Below are positions 10,694 to 20,186 of a stretch of 64,000 bases of DNA, in pieces (within the stretch, counting starts at the first letter, position 1; each line of letters opens with the position of its first letter). Source of the stretch: Nitrososphaeria archaeon (lineage in GTDB: Archaea; Thermoproteota; Nitrososphaeria; JACIWG01); the NCBI GenBank assembly GCA_050011875.1, contig JBEKIG010000008.1:30158-94157 (forward strand), in the 5' to 3' direction. The position numbers were made by a program, and so were the translations under genes. A model generated the notes under the pieces. It saw nothing but the letters and a program-made list of their open reading frames with translations, did not search any database and was not told the DNA's origin.

Positions 10694-11497
10694 ATGGAGC
10701 AATTTAGAATCGGTAAAGATGGGAAGATCGATGTTCTGGGGTTCGGAACATACCGCATAGGAGAAACAATAGGCCTCTCAAGTGATGAAAGCAACATCAA
10801 AGCTTTGAAGAAAGCATTCGAGCTGGGCTATAGACTGATTGATACCGCAGAAGAGTATGCTGCAGGGCATACAGAGGAGCTCATCGGAAAAGCGTTGAGG
10901 TATGTTGAAAGGGATAATTTTTTTATAACTTCAAAGGTTTGGACAAACCATCTGCACTACGGGGATGTGATTAAAGCGTGTGAAGGAAGTCTTAGGCGAC
11001 TTCAAGTGAAATGCATCGACCTCTACCTCATCCACTGGCCGAACTCTCAGGTTCCAATAAAGGAAACGGTCAGTGCTCTTGAAAAGCTTGTAGACGACGG
11101 GAAGATAAAGTACATAGGTGTAAGCAACTTTTCAGCGGAAGAGCTGAAGGAGGCGATGGAATGCACAAGCAAACATCAGATAGTCGCAAACCAAGTTCGC
11201 TACAGTCTTCTAGATAAGGAGCCAGAAGTAGACCTGTTGCCTTTCGCTAAGGAGAACAACGTTAGAATAATCGCTTATACGCCGCTGGAAAGAGGGCACA
11301 TCAGAATCCCCATGCTAAGAGAACTGTCCTCAAAGTATGTTAAAACGGAAAACCAGATCGCATTGAACTACCTCATATGTAAAGGATCTGTACCGATACC
11401 AAAAGCCGTTCATGAAGAACACATGATCGAAAACCTTGGAGCTGTCGGATGGAGACTGAGCGACGAAGATGTGGAGAAATTAAGTTCACTGAAATAA
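10694..11497 (+). CDS. Aldo/keto reductase
   Basis: IDTAEEY, TSKVW, DLYLIHWP, IGVSNF, AYTPL, PIPK. Confidence 0.93.
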   Translation: MEQFRIGKDGKIDVLGFGTYRIGETIGLSSDESNIKALKKAFELGYRLIDTAEEYAAGHTEELIGKALRYVERDNFFITSKVWTNHLHYGDVIKACEGSLRRLQVKCIDLYLIHWPNSQVPIKETVSALEKLVDDGKIKYIGVSNFSAEELKEAMECTSKHQIVANQVRYSLLDKEPEVDLLPFAKENNVRIIAYTPLERGHIRIPMLRELSSKYVKTENQIALNYLICKGSVPIPKAVHEEHMIENLGAVGWRLSDEDVEKLSSLK

Positions 11498-11661
11498 ATG
11501 GTGCACAAATTTCTTAAAAAAACCTCAAACTTTACATTCAACCTTCGAGCTTCTGGCCTAAAATGAGCTTGCTTTCGTAGATTATTATCATTTTCATAGT
11601 ATTAACTATTCTGACGCTGATAGTTATGTTTTTTGAGAAAAAATGATGTGAGGAGGAAGCT

Positions 11662-13524
11662 TTAAGCTTTTAGCTTCTCCTTCAATATTTTGTCGACATT
11701 ATCTAGCCCAAGTTGTTTAAGAGTTTCGGAGGTTGGGATGCCTTTACTGTCCCATCCCATTATTTGATAGTATTCATTTATCATCTTTTCAACTTCGTCC
11801 CTGTTCGTACTTTTACCTTTGTAGGGTCCTGAGGGTAGAGGCTCATAGAACCTTGAAGGATTTTCGTCGACTCCGGCCCAGCTCGCATCAGGTCCTCCTA
11901 CAAGAACCGCTGCCCTTTGAATCTGGAGAATTCTTTTGGCGATGTCGTTGTACCATTCATCAAAAGATATTCCGAATCCTGTAACCGCATTTATAAAGTC
12001 TATCTGGAATTGTGGAGTGACCTTGAATTGATTGAACATACAGAATACACCGGAATCCGATATGAGTGTTGTATGCTCACTGCTTCCATGCGTTATCGGT
12101 ATATAGGCTACTGAAGTGTGGTCACCTCCCTGCACCGAACAGGCATAGGATACAGGCTGTACAAAATCGAGGCCGCTTCTTATTCCGTGTGCTCCACAGG
12201 AAACTCCCTTGGATTGAATTGCATACTTTAGCAGATCTTTACCCTTAGTCTTACCTAGCTTCTGTGCCGCCCGATATGTGCCCTCAGCTAGCGTGTTGCC
12301 AATGCCTTTTCTAAAAGCGATCATTTCAGCAAGTTTTGCAAAGGCTTTAGCATCACCCCACTTTAGCTCTATTCCATCAAGATCTTCCTTGGTCAAAATG
12401 CCGCGTTGATATAATTCCCCTGCAAAGCCCATGACGTTTCCCCCTTGAATGCCACAGAAACCTAGGTCTTCAATCATGGAATTCAGATACACGTTAGCTT
12501 CTGGCGTGAAAACCCCCAGGTTTGGCCCAAAATATGCTTGAGTTTCATAGTCTGGATTGTCTGTTACAGCGCCCTTGAACTCGCCTACCCTTACAACCGA
12601 GAGTTTTTCGCATGCTGTTGGGCAGCCGAAGTCAGCCCAAAATCTTTTAACCCAAACCCTGCTCTCATACTGTTCAACACCAATGGATTTTTCATCATGC
12701 CACTCCTCTTGCCAGTTCCTAACAGGCTCTGAGCTTGAATCGTTGCCTACAGCGTAACCTAAATTACCTGTGCCCCATCTTCTAAAAGAGTCGTTTGTAT
12801 AACATGCTTTTCTGCATTCTTCAATAAGTTTTATTGTCCGATCCATGTCGTCAACAGCTGGCAGAGGTCCTGTGCCTCTAGCTAGAACAGCTTTAAGTTT
12901 CTTCGACCCCATTACGGAGCCGTAGCCGCCATATCCTGCTCCATGCGCCCACTTGCCCTGTACACCGGCTATTCTGCATCTATTCTCTCCCGCTGGACCT
13001 ATGTACACCATCGAAGGCTCTCTCCACTCACGTTCGGTGTACTTTTTGTTCCATTCGTCCCTCACATCTCTTGATAGCGTCAGCGAGGTTTTTTTACCGT
13101 CTTTACCCCAAACATAGCTGGCGTCTCTTACTTCAATTGTAGAATCTTTTACGAGTATGTAGGAAGGTTTCTCCGCTACGCCGGTAACGATTAATCCGTC
13201 CCAGCCTGCGCATCTTAGGTCAATTGCAAACTCACCCGCCATTGTGCTTCCGACGATGCCGTTGCTTTGAGGGGACTTCCCTGAAATACAGATTCTCCCG
13301 CCAGGATAATATCCCGTTAGCGGGCCAGTTAAAATTAGTAAAACATTTTCTGGGCCTAGTGGGTCAACTTCATCCCATTTGTCTCCAAGCCGATCCCATA
13401 ATATTTTTACGGATAAACCTCTTCCACCGATGTACGTTCTCAGTGTTTTATCATCAAACTTTACATCCTTTATTTTCCCACTGCTCAAGTCCACTTCAGC
13501 ATATTTTCCTGCATATCCTTTCAT
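11662..13524 (-). CDS. Tungsten aldehyde:ferredoxin oxidoreductase family large subunit, WOR5-like
   Basis: GGRGL, DPLGPEN, TGPLTGYYPG, AGYGGYGSVMGSKKLKA, C-terminal YY..MGWD..G.P. Confidence 0.9.
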   Translation of the reverse strand: MKGYAGKYAEVDLSSGKIKDVKFDDKTLRTYIGGRGLSVKILWDRLGDKWDEVDPLGPENVLLILTGPLTGYYPGGRICISGKSPQSNGIVGSTMAGEFAIDLRCAGWDGLIVTGVAEKPSYILVKDSTIEVRDASYVWGKDGKKTSLTLSRDVRDEWNKKYTEREWREPSMVYIGPAGENRCRIAGVQGKWAHGAGYGGYGSVMGSKKLKAVLARGTGPLPAVDDMDRTIKLIEECRKACYTNDSFRRWGTGNLGYAVGNDSSSEPVRNWQEEWHDEKSIGVEQYESRVWVKRFWADFGCPTACEKLSVVRVGEFKGAVTDNPDYETQAYFGPNLGVFTPEANVYLNSMIEDLGFCGIQGGNVMGFAGELYQRGILTKEDLDGIELKWGDAKAFAKLAEMIAFRKGIGNTLAEGTYRAAQKLGKTKGKDLLKYAIQSKGVSCGAHGIRSGLDFVQPVSYACSVQGGDHTSVAYIPITHGSSEHTTLISDSGVFCMFNQFKVTPQFQIDFINAVTGFGISFDEWYNDIAKRILQIQRAAVLVGGPDASWAGVDENPSRFYEPLPSGPYKGKSTNRDEVEKMINEYYQIMGWDSKGIPTSETLKQLGLDNVDKILKEKLKA

Positions 13525-13528
13525 ACCT

Positions 13529-14068
13529 TCACACCTCCAGTTTTTCTCCGTAAATCAGCTCAGATAACCCTTCCGTTATTAGCTTGGGAAGCTTAGAATA
13601 GAGCCTGTGATTAATATGTTCACCCTCCCCCTTAGTATAGTATTTTGTGCTCAGACAGTTGTACTGGGCTTCCTGACATATTTTTGAACATTGAGGTTCT
13701 CCGTTGCACAGGTCACAAATCGTTGCCTTGTTGTCTGCGGGGTGCAAAAATGGAACATGCCCGGGGCATGCTCGGATGCAATTCTTGCAACTTATGCAGA
13801 TTTTCCTATCAACTAAAACCGCACCAGTTTTCTCGTCGACTGAAAGCGCCTTTTTTGGTTTTGTTGGACAGGAAGCTACACATGGGTAATCATGACATTG
13901 AGCGCAAAGATGAGGAACTTCTAAACCGGGTGCAAGCATGAAGACGCGTACCATTGAAGCTTCAGGCCAGATCTTCTTTTCATGGTATAAGGAGCACGCG
14001 ATTTCACACATTCTACAGCCGGTGCATTTGGGGTAATCTCTCATTACCCAAACCCAATCCGATGACAT
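13529..14068 (-). CDS. Multi-[4Fe-4S] ferredoxin-like small subunit of the W-oxidoreductase
   Basis: CTGCRMCEIAC, CAQC..PCVASCP, CISCKNCIRACP, CDLC...P.C..IC; ends 4 bp before the large-subunit start. Confidence 0.92.
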   Translation of the reverse strand: MSSDWVWVMRDYPKCTGCRMCEIACSLYHEKKIWPEASMVRVFMLAPGLEVPHLCAQCHDYPCVASCPTKPKKALSVDEKTGAVLVDRKICISCKNCIRACPGHVPFLHPADNKATICDLCNGEPQCSKICQEAQYNCLSTKYYTKGEGEHINHRLYSKLPKLITEGLSELIYGEKLEV

Positions 14069-14190
14069 GGCAAACCATTTGGAAGCTTAACCTAATAAGT
14101 ATTTCCAAGTTTGGCTCTGGTGCGTCTTAGGGGCTTACCAATCGGAATATTAGGGTGGTGCATGTCGGGGCATGCAAAGTTCTTAAGACC

Positions 14191-14253
14191 TGCTTTTGAT
14201 GATTAGATCACGACTCTCCGCCACTTATTCTGTGTGACGTTCACCCCAGCCTT
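14191..14253 (-). pseudogene. Decayed C-terminal tail of an IS6-like transposase
   Basis: Translates KAGVNVTQNKWRRVVI*SSKA versus KCGIKIKGENKWITLIQNASKQ in the transposase at 47163-48278. Confidence 0.55.
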
Positions 14254-14313
14254 CTATTACTTTCAACCGATTATGGTTTAGAAAAAACTAATTATTACAT
14301 TGAGGATTTTAAA

Positions 14314-14432
14314 GATGTTGATGTTGTTGATGTTGTTGATGTTGTTAGAGTAGATATAGTAGATAAAGTAGATACTTGCCTATACTTGTATGGTGCATGC
14401 CTATACTTGCATGATGCTTATGCGTACGTACG
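14314..14432. repeat. Low-complexity tandem repeat block inside the MITE
   Basis: GATGTTGTT x3, GTAGATA x3 at 9-bp period, TGCCTATACTTG x2, CGTACGTACG. Confidence 0.85.
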
Positions 14433-14475
14433 TTGTTTATATACGGTGTTTTACTTTGTTTTACGGGGTTTTACT

Positions 14476-14670
14476 ATGTTTAATTCATATTATATTTTTC
14501 TTGTTATGCTTGGCTTCACATTTCTTGTTTTTTCACTCAACTTGTATATTGATTTAAACTACAATACTTTAGAAAAAAACTTAATACTGTGGTTGTACTT
14601 CCTCTTTGGTCTTTCAAGTGTTATTGTTGGCCATCTTATAAAAAGGGGTAAATTTTTTGCGCCACCATAA
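14476..14670 (+). CDS. Small two-TM passenger protein (64 aa) inside the MITE
   Basis: MFNSYYIFLVMLGFTFLVFSLNL...LILWLYFLFGLSSVIVGHLIKRGKFFAPP; TTTATATA about 40 bp upstream. Confidence 0.5.
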   Translation: MFNSYYIFLVMLGFTFLVFSLNLYIDLNYNTLEKNLILWLYFLFGLSSVIVGHLIKRGKFFAPP

Positions 14671-14970
14671 TGCAATGGAGAGATTGCACCTTTTTTTAAG
14701 ATAAAATGTTCTTTTCAATATCTAAAAGATAATGCAAAAAAGGGCTTTTCTGGATTATTATCTACTTTTTTCTCCTTACTTAGATTCGGTATTCTTCTGC
14801 TGGCACCATGCCCCGACTTGCACCACAAGACAATCCTAATTGACTAAGCCCCTAAGACGCACCAGAGCCCCAAGTTTCATCTAAAACTTATGTTAATGTT
14901 TAGAGGGTTGCGAAGTGTACGCTTTTAAAATCGTAACACTTAATAAAAAGAAAGGAGATAAGGTGATTGA

Positions 14971-15735
14971 GTGAATAAATTGACAGACACTGGAAAAATT
15001 TTGCGAATGGGTAATATAACAAAAAAGGATGGCAGAACATTAGTGATCGCCATGGACCATGGCGGTGGTGGAACAACTCTTGGAATAGAAGATATTGAAG
15101 ACGTTGTTGACAAAGTAATAGAAGGGGGGGCAGACTCGATACTTGCAAACCTGGGTTTCGCTAGGAGAATAGCGAAGACAATTAGAGGGAGAATTGGATT
15201 AGTATTGTCGATACCATACGATCCGGTCTACGTTAAACTAGCTGCTCAGATCGGTGCGGACATGGTGAAGACGACATACTTTGGCCCTGTACCTCTCAGC
15301 GAGGAAAAAATGAAGCAAATTGAAGAAATAACGTTAGCTTCAGAAGAATGGGGAATGCCCTCAATGGTTGAAGTTGTCCCGGTGGACAACCAAGGTAGGA
15401 CTATCTACGACTTGTCCGCAATAAAGCAGGCGGCAAGAATAGGGTCAGAGCTTGGAGGGGACATCATTAAAACAGCGTATGTAGGTAGCCCGCATGAATA
15501 CAGAGAAGTGACAAGAACCTGCCTTACGCCTATAGTCGTAATGGGCGGTCCAAAAATGGATAGCGCTTCGGATCTACTGAAGATGGTTAAAGACAGTGTT
15601 GAAGCTGGTGCCATCGGTGGTGCCATAGGAAGGAACATATGGCAGTACAAAGATCCTGTAAAGATTACGAGAGCAGCAATAAGTATCATTCACGAAAAAG
15701 CGAGCTTAGAAGAAGCTTTGAAGGTGCTCAAATAG
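14971..15735 (+). CDS. Class I DhnA-type aldolase (FBP/ADH-synthase family)
   Basis: AMDHG, ELGGDIIKTAY Schiff-base Lys, MGGPK, GRNIWQ. Confidence 0.88.
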   Translation: MNKLTDTGKILRMGNITKKDGRTLVIAMDHGGGGTTLGIEDIEDVVDKVIEGGADSILANLGFARRIAKTIRGRIGLVLSIPYDPVYVKLAAQIGADMVKTTYFGPVPLSEEKMKQIEEITLASEEWGMPSMVEVVPVDNQGRTIYDLSAIKQAARIGSELGGDIIKTAYVGSPHEYREVTRTCLTPIVVMGGPKMDSASDLLKMVKDSVEAGAIGGAIGRNIWQYKDPVKITRAAISIIHEKASLEEALKVLK

Positions 15736-15797
15736 AAACCGAAGATAAAATCTTTATTGTTTTATCCTTTTACTGCATCTTCCAAAACAACTGTTTA

Positions 15798-16076
15798 TCA
15801 ATATTCTATACCAAATGTTTGAAACTCCCCGCTATATGTATCTGATGTAACTTCAACCTTTTCGACCTCCGCACCAGGGGGGCCTGTCTTGCACCATTCG
15901 ATAAGCTTTCTGAGAGAAGCCTCTTCGCCCTCCAAAACCGCATATACGCGTCCGTCATCAAGGTTTCTGGCATAGCCTTTTACACCTAATTCCATAGCTT
16001 TATTTCTAATACTTCCTCTGAAGAAGACACCTTGAACTGAGCCAGAAATATATATGTGAACTCTTGTCTCCGCCAT
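15798..16076 (-). CDS. acyP: Acylphosphatase
   Basis: GSVQGVFFR, GYARNLDDGRV, GPPGA.V. Confidence 0.95.
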   Translation of the reverse strand: MAETRVHIYISGSVQGVFFRGSIRNKAMELGVKGYARNLDDGRVYAVLEGEEASLRKLIEWCKTGPPGAEVEKVEVTSDTYSGEFQTFGIEY

Positions 16077-16473
16077 ATCATCACAGTATTTTGGACTGAT
16101 ATTATTTAATATGTTTAAGATTGGCCAGTAATTCCAATATTCTTATTTCTATATCATCTATTTCAAGGTCTTCATCTAGATTTCTGACGCCTAAAAGGGG
16201 CTGTTAAATAATAAATGGGCCAATTCATGAATATGTTTTTGTTACTCTAACTCTAACAAAAGACCTTGGTCTCACACATGATTGAAGCAGTAGAACTTCC
16301 CCAGATGGTTTAAAAATCTAATGTAGCTTCCGTTGCCAAGACCTTATAGATGACAAGATAGATTCTATTAGTGTATTTACAGTAGGTCAGTTTACAAAAA
16401 CGTTCTTATTAATTCTAAGATAAGAGCCTATTTTTATTTTTCTTTAAAAAATAATAAAAAGGAATAAAAAGGA

Positions 16474-16782
16474 TCAGGTGAGGGAAACCCTAAGTTGGAC
16501 CTCTTCAGGCATCTTCAAACGCATGAACTGCCTTAGAGTACGTTCATCCTGATCAATTTCCACATACCTTCTGTGAATTCTCAGCTCCCATTTATTAAAA
16601 GTATTTGTGCCTTCACCACTCGGAGATTTCCTTACAGTGAGCTTTCTCTTCTTCGTTGGTAAAGGTACAGGCCCGCGCATCTTTACCCCAGTCTTTTCAG
16701 TAATAGCCTTTATCTGGTTGCAAACATCATCCAGTAGTTTGACGTTTGTACTCGTTAGTATTATTTTTGCTTTTCCTGGCAA
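16474..16782 (-). CDS. rps10: 30S ribosomal protein S10 (uS10)
   Basis: GPVPLPT, RKSPSGEG, WELRIHRR. Confidence 0.97.
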   Translation of the reverse strand: MPGKAKIILTSTNVKLLDDVCNQIKAITEKTGVKMRGPVPLPTKKRKLTVRKSPSGEGTNTFNKWELRIHRRYVEIDQDERTLRQFMRLKMPEEVQLRVSLT

Positions 16783-16819
16783 ACAGGCACACCACCAATG
16801 GGTAAAGGTCAGAAGGTTT

Positions 16820-18118
16820 TTAGCCTTTTATCGTAACTTCTTTCACAATACCTGCGCCTATAGTTGTGCCCATGTCACGTACCGCAAAGCGGCCCATTTG
16901 TGGTATCACGCTATACGGTTCAATCGCGAGAGGTCTTAATGGAGCGAGTCTCACTAGCGCGCTGTCTCCTGTTTTTATAGACTTAGGTTTATCTTCGACG
17001 ACTTGGCCACTTCTTGGGTCTATTCTAGCAATAATCTCCTTAAATGTCGTAGCCACTTGGGAAGTGTGCGCGTGCAATACAGGAGTGTATCCCGCTGATA
17101 TTGCAGAAGGATGGTATATTATAATCAGCTGAGCGATGAATTCCTTAGCTACCGTAGGTGGGTTATCTGCTAATCCAATTACAAAACCTCTTTTAATGTC
17201 CGTCTTAGAAACTCCCCTTAGGTTTACGCCTACATTATCTCCTGGAATAGCTTTTTCTATTGGAGTGTGATGCATTTCGATTGACTTGACTTCAGCTGCA
17301 AAGTTACCCGGATTGATTACTACTTTATCATTTGGTCTGAGAACACCTGTCTCTACTCGTCCGACTGGCACAGTGCCTACACCCGTAATGGAGTAAACAT
17401 CTTGAATCGGCATACGGAAAGGTTTGTCGATGGGCTTCGATGGCTCACTAATGTTGTCAAGCGCCTCCTGAATTGTGGGTCCCTTGTACCATGGCATGTT
17501 AGTTGATCTCTGAACAAGGTTTTCTCCAGTCCATCCTGAAACAGGAATGAACGGAATCTTTGATATGTCGAATCCTGTTGTCCTTAGCAATTTCTCGAAT
17601 TCTGGCTTAACAACATTATACCTTTCTTCAGCATATTTCACTGTGGCATCATCCATCTTGTTTATCAGTGCTATGATTTGTTGAACTCCCAAGGTTTTTA
17701 GTAAAAATGCATGCTCCCTTGTCTGTCCTCCAAAACCTAGTCCGACTTCAGTTTCTCCAGGTTTCCCTGAAAGGACGACTATTGCGACATCGGCTTGGCT
17801 GGCACCTGTGATCATATTCTTTATGAAATCTCTATGACCAGGTGCGTCTATTAGAGTATAGTAATATTTTTTTGTTTCAAATTTCTGAAATGCTAGATCG
17901 ATGGTAACACCACGTTCTCTTTCATCCTTCAATCTATCGAGAACCCAAGCATATTTGAAAGAATCTCCTACACCAAGTTTTTCAGATTCCTTGGCGTATT
18001 CTTCTATTGTCCTGGCATCGACTCCTCCCATTTCAACTAGGAAATGGCCCATAGTGGTTGACTTACCGTGGTCAACATGGCCTGTAACTACCAGGTTTAG
18101 ATGTGGTTTAGTAGACAT
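16820..18118 (-). CDS. tuf: Translation elongation factor 1-alpha
   Basis: GHVDHGKST, ERERGVTID, DAPGHRDF, NKMD. Confidence 0.98.
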   Translation of the reverse strand: MSTKPHLNLVVTGHVDHGKSTTMGHFLVEMGGVDARTIEEYAKESEKLGVGDSFKYAWVLDRLKDERERGVTIDLAFQKFETKKYYYTLIDAPGHRDFIKNMITGASQADVAIVVLSGKPGETEVGLGFGGQTREHAFLLKTLGVQQIIALINKMDDATVKYAEERYNVVKPEFEKLLRTTGFDISKIPFIPVSGWTGENLVQRSTNMPWYKGPTIQEALDNISEPSKPIDKPFRMPIQDVYSITGVGTVPVGRVETGVLRPNDKVVINPGNFAAEVKSIEMHHTPIEKAIPGDNVGVNLRGVSKTDIKRGFVIGLADNPPTVAKEFIAQLIIIYHPSAISAGYTPVLHAHTSQVATTFKEIIARIDPRSGQVVEDKPKSIKTGDSALVRLAPLRPLAIEPYSVIPQMGRFAVRDMGTTIGAGIVKEVTIKG

Positions 18119-18299
18119 TTTCTACACCTTTGCACCGATTTTGAACTTCAACCTTATTATATAAACTATATGGTTCAAGACATGTTTAGCAATCTTATCA
18201 TAATTTAATAATCGAATGGTATCGTCCTAGATTAAGATCTTCTCGAGTTTGAAGTAGGTTTCGTTACAAGCTGTTGTATTCGATTTATTCTCTATAGTT

Positions 18300-18908
18300 C
18301 TACCTGGATGACATAGCAATCCGTTCCTGCTCGTTCTTCTTCTTCACCGCATAACTGTTCTGATCGTTGTTGGAAGCTAAGATAAGTTCGTCTGATAGAG
18401 CTTCTTCAATCGATATCTCTCTGTTGAAGGTGGCTTCCCTCAAACCCTCCGATATAAATCTAAGCGCTAAGTCGATGCGTCTCTGTGGAGAAATGTCCAC
18501 TGCGACATGATATACTACACCGCCATACATCAGCCTTGTAGTGTCTTCGTTTGGGGAGGAATTTTCTATTGCTTTAACAAGAACCTGCAGAGGATTTGTT
18601 CCCGTCTTTAAGTTGATGATTTCTAAAGCCGATCTTACAGTTTTAAGTGAATTGTATTTCTTGCCTCCCATTCTACCAGTGTTCTTTGCATACTTCTTCC
18701 CAAAGTGCATAAGCACATTTGAGAGGCGTTCAGTTATGTTGGTTTTTGACTTTGCAAATTTCTGGTGAGCGTGTCTCCCGAAAGAATGCGGTAGAAACGT
18801 AGGTGTAAGGTCTATAACGTTCTTTAGTCCAATGTCTTCGACTTTCACGTCCTTGAAGCTCCATTTGCCGAAAAGCAGCATGTTTGAGGCGTCCGATTTT
18901 GATGACAA
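18300..18908 (-). CDS. rps7: 30S ribosomal protein S7 (uS7)
   Basis: LFGKW, AVDISPQRRID, ERIAMSSR. Confidence 0.96.
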   Translation of the reverse strand: MSSKSDASNMLLFGKWSFKDVKVEDIGLKNVIDLTPTFLPHSFGRHAHQKFAKSKTNITERLSNVLMHFGKKYAKNTGRMGGKKYNSLKTVRSALEIINLKTGTNPLQVLVKAIENSSPNEDTTRLMYGGVVYHVAVDISPQRRIDLALRFISEGLREATFNREISIEEALSDELILASNNDQNSYAVKKKNEQERIAMSSR

Positions 18909-18913
18909 ATCGT

Positions 18914-19357
18914 TTACCTCCTCGGCTTCTCCTTTCTGCCCAAGACGAGCATAGGTAGCGAAATGCCGTTTACTTTGAATACCTTATAGCGGACTCCTGG
19001 TATATCACCCATAGATCGTCCAAGAGTGCCACCGATACCTTCAATGTGAACTTCATCGTGCTCATCAATATAGTTCAGGGCACCGTCTCCCGGCAAAAAA
19101 GCTGTTACCTGCTTGTTGTTTTTTATAAGCTGAACGCGAACACATTTTCTAATGGCTGAGTTAGGCTGCTTTGACTCCACACCCACCTTCTCTAAAACGA
19201 TTCCTCTACCCTGCGGCGCGCCTTCAAGCGGGTCAAATCTTTCCTTAATCCTTAGAGCACGTTTAACATAGTGTTTACTTGACCACTTGAAATGCTTTCT
19301 TTTCTCGATCAGTATTCGAGCAGAAAATTCGCCCGTAGTCTTGGTGGACTTTCCCAT
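18914..19357 (-). CDS. rps12: 30S ribosomal protein S12 (uS12)
   Basis: [18 protein letters not shown]. Confidence 0.97.
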   Translation of the reverse strand: MGKSTKTTGEFSARILIEKRKHFKWSSKHYVKRALRIKERFDPLEGAPQGRGIVLEKVGVESKQPNSAIRKCVRVQLIKNNKQVTAFLPGDGALNYIDEHDEVHIEGIGGTLGRSMGDIPGVRYKVFKVNGISLPMLVLGRKEKPRR

Positions 19358-19414
19358 ATTATCAGCAGAAAGGCGGACCTATTACCGTTATTTAACCGTT
19401 TTCATTCTGCAACC

Positions 19415-19864
19415 TTAGGGCTGCACTACGATTCTCACGTCGGCTATGTCGAAATATCTCCTGATAAGAAGCCTTGCTCTCTCAGCGTTTTTCCCACCTA
19501 AGCCGACGACGGCGCCCTGAAATTTCGGGCTGCTCAACACCACAACAGCTATCTTACTGCCGTCCAGCCTCTCACTTAGCCTAACTTCGCTTATGTACTT
19601 CTTGTTCAGAGAATTCTTTATCAGCTGTATTGGGTCATCGGAATGTATGACTATTTCAACCGGTTTCTTGATCATGTTTTCGATGGTCTTCACGCATGAA
19701 CCATTCTTCCCTATAGCTAAACCTATCTCGTTTGGGGCGACTAAGAAGATAACTCTGTTCATCTTTTGATCAATGATGCAGTCCTTGGCTGTGGCTCCAC
19801 TTATCCTCTGGAAGAGTGACATCAATTCGAGCTCTTGTGAGGACCAATTTATCCTGCTTGGCAT
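19415..19864 (-). CDS. nusA: Archaeal NusA (KH domains)
   Basis: AIGKNG and VGLGGKN KH loops; canonical operon position. Confidence 0.92.
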   Translation of the reverse strand: MPSRINWSSQELELMSLFQRISGATAKDCIIDQKMNRVIFLVAPNEIGLAIGKNGSCVKTIENMIKKPVEIVIHSDDPIQLIKNSLNKKYISEVRLSERLDGSKIAVVVLSSPKFQGAVVGLGGKNAERARLLIRRYFDIADVRIVVQP

Positions 19865-19871
19865 CTAAAGG

Positions 19872-20186
19872 TCAGCTTTTTGTTTCCTCATGTAGGATTT
19901 CTTTAAGCTCGTATCCACCCGTAGCTTTGATCGAAAAAGTGGATATTCTAAAGTTCTTCCCGACAGCTTTTGCCAGCTCCATTGAGCTGCCTTCGTATTC
20001 TATGAAGGGTATAGAAAGCTTCTTACAGTCCCTCTGCAGCTTTTGCGATATTTTGTGTTCCAAATTCTCTGACACGATAACTGCTTTGGAACCCTTTAAT
20101 TCGTCGACGACCTCCTTTGTGCCGTAAACTATCTTTCCCTTCTTAGACACCTTTTTCAGATAGCTCTCAAGAATCTTCTTTTCCAA
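19872..20186 (-). CDS. rpl30e: 50S ribosomal protein L30e
   Basis: GKIVYGTKEV, GSSMELAKAVGK; lies between rpoA and nusA. Confidence 0.88.
   Translation of the reverse strand: MEKKILESYLKKVSKKGKIVYGTKEVVDELKGSKAVIVSENLEHKISQKLQRDCKKLSIPFIEYEGSSMELAKAVGKNFRISTFSIKATGGYELKEILHEETKS

Larger units (their letters stand above)
14113..14869. mobile_element. 757-bp non-autonomous IS6-like element (MITE with passenger ORF)
   Basis: TIRs 14113-14174 and 14807-14869 (outer 25 bp perfect, GGCTCTGGTGCGTCTTAGGGGCTTA; inner block 19/20); 8-bp TSD CCAAGTTT at 14105-14112 and 14870-14877; no intact transposase. Confidence 0.93.

Noticed and set aside
14314-14410. Possible CRISPR array in the MITE repeat block
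   Set aside because: Units are 7-12 bp with no unique spacers; no cas genes in the window
14386-14475. 5' extension of the MITE ORF from TTG 14386
   Set aside because: Runs through simple repeats and over the likely TATA box; ATG 14476 is more plausible
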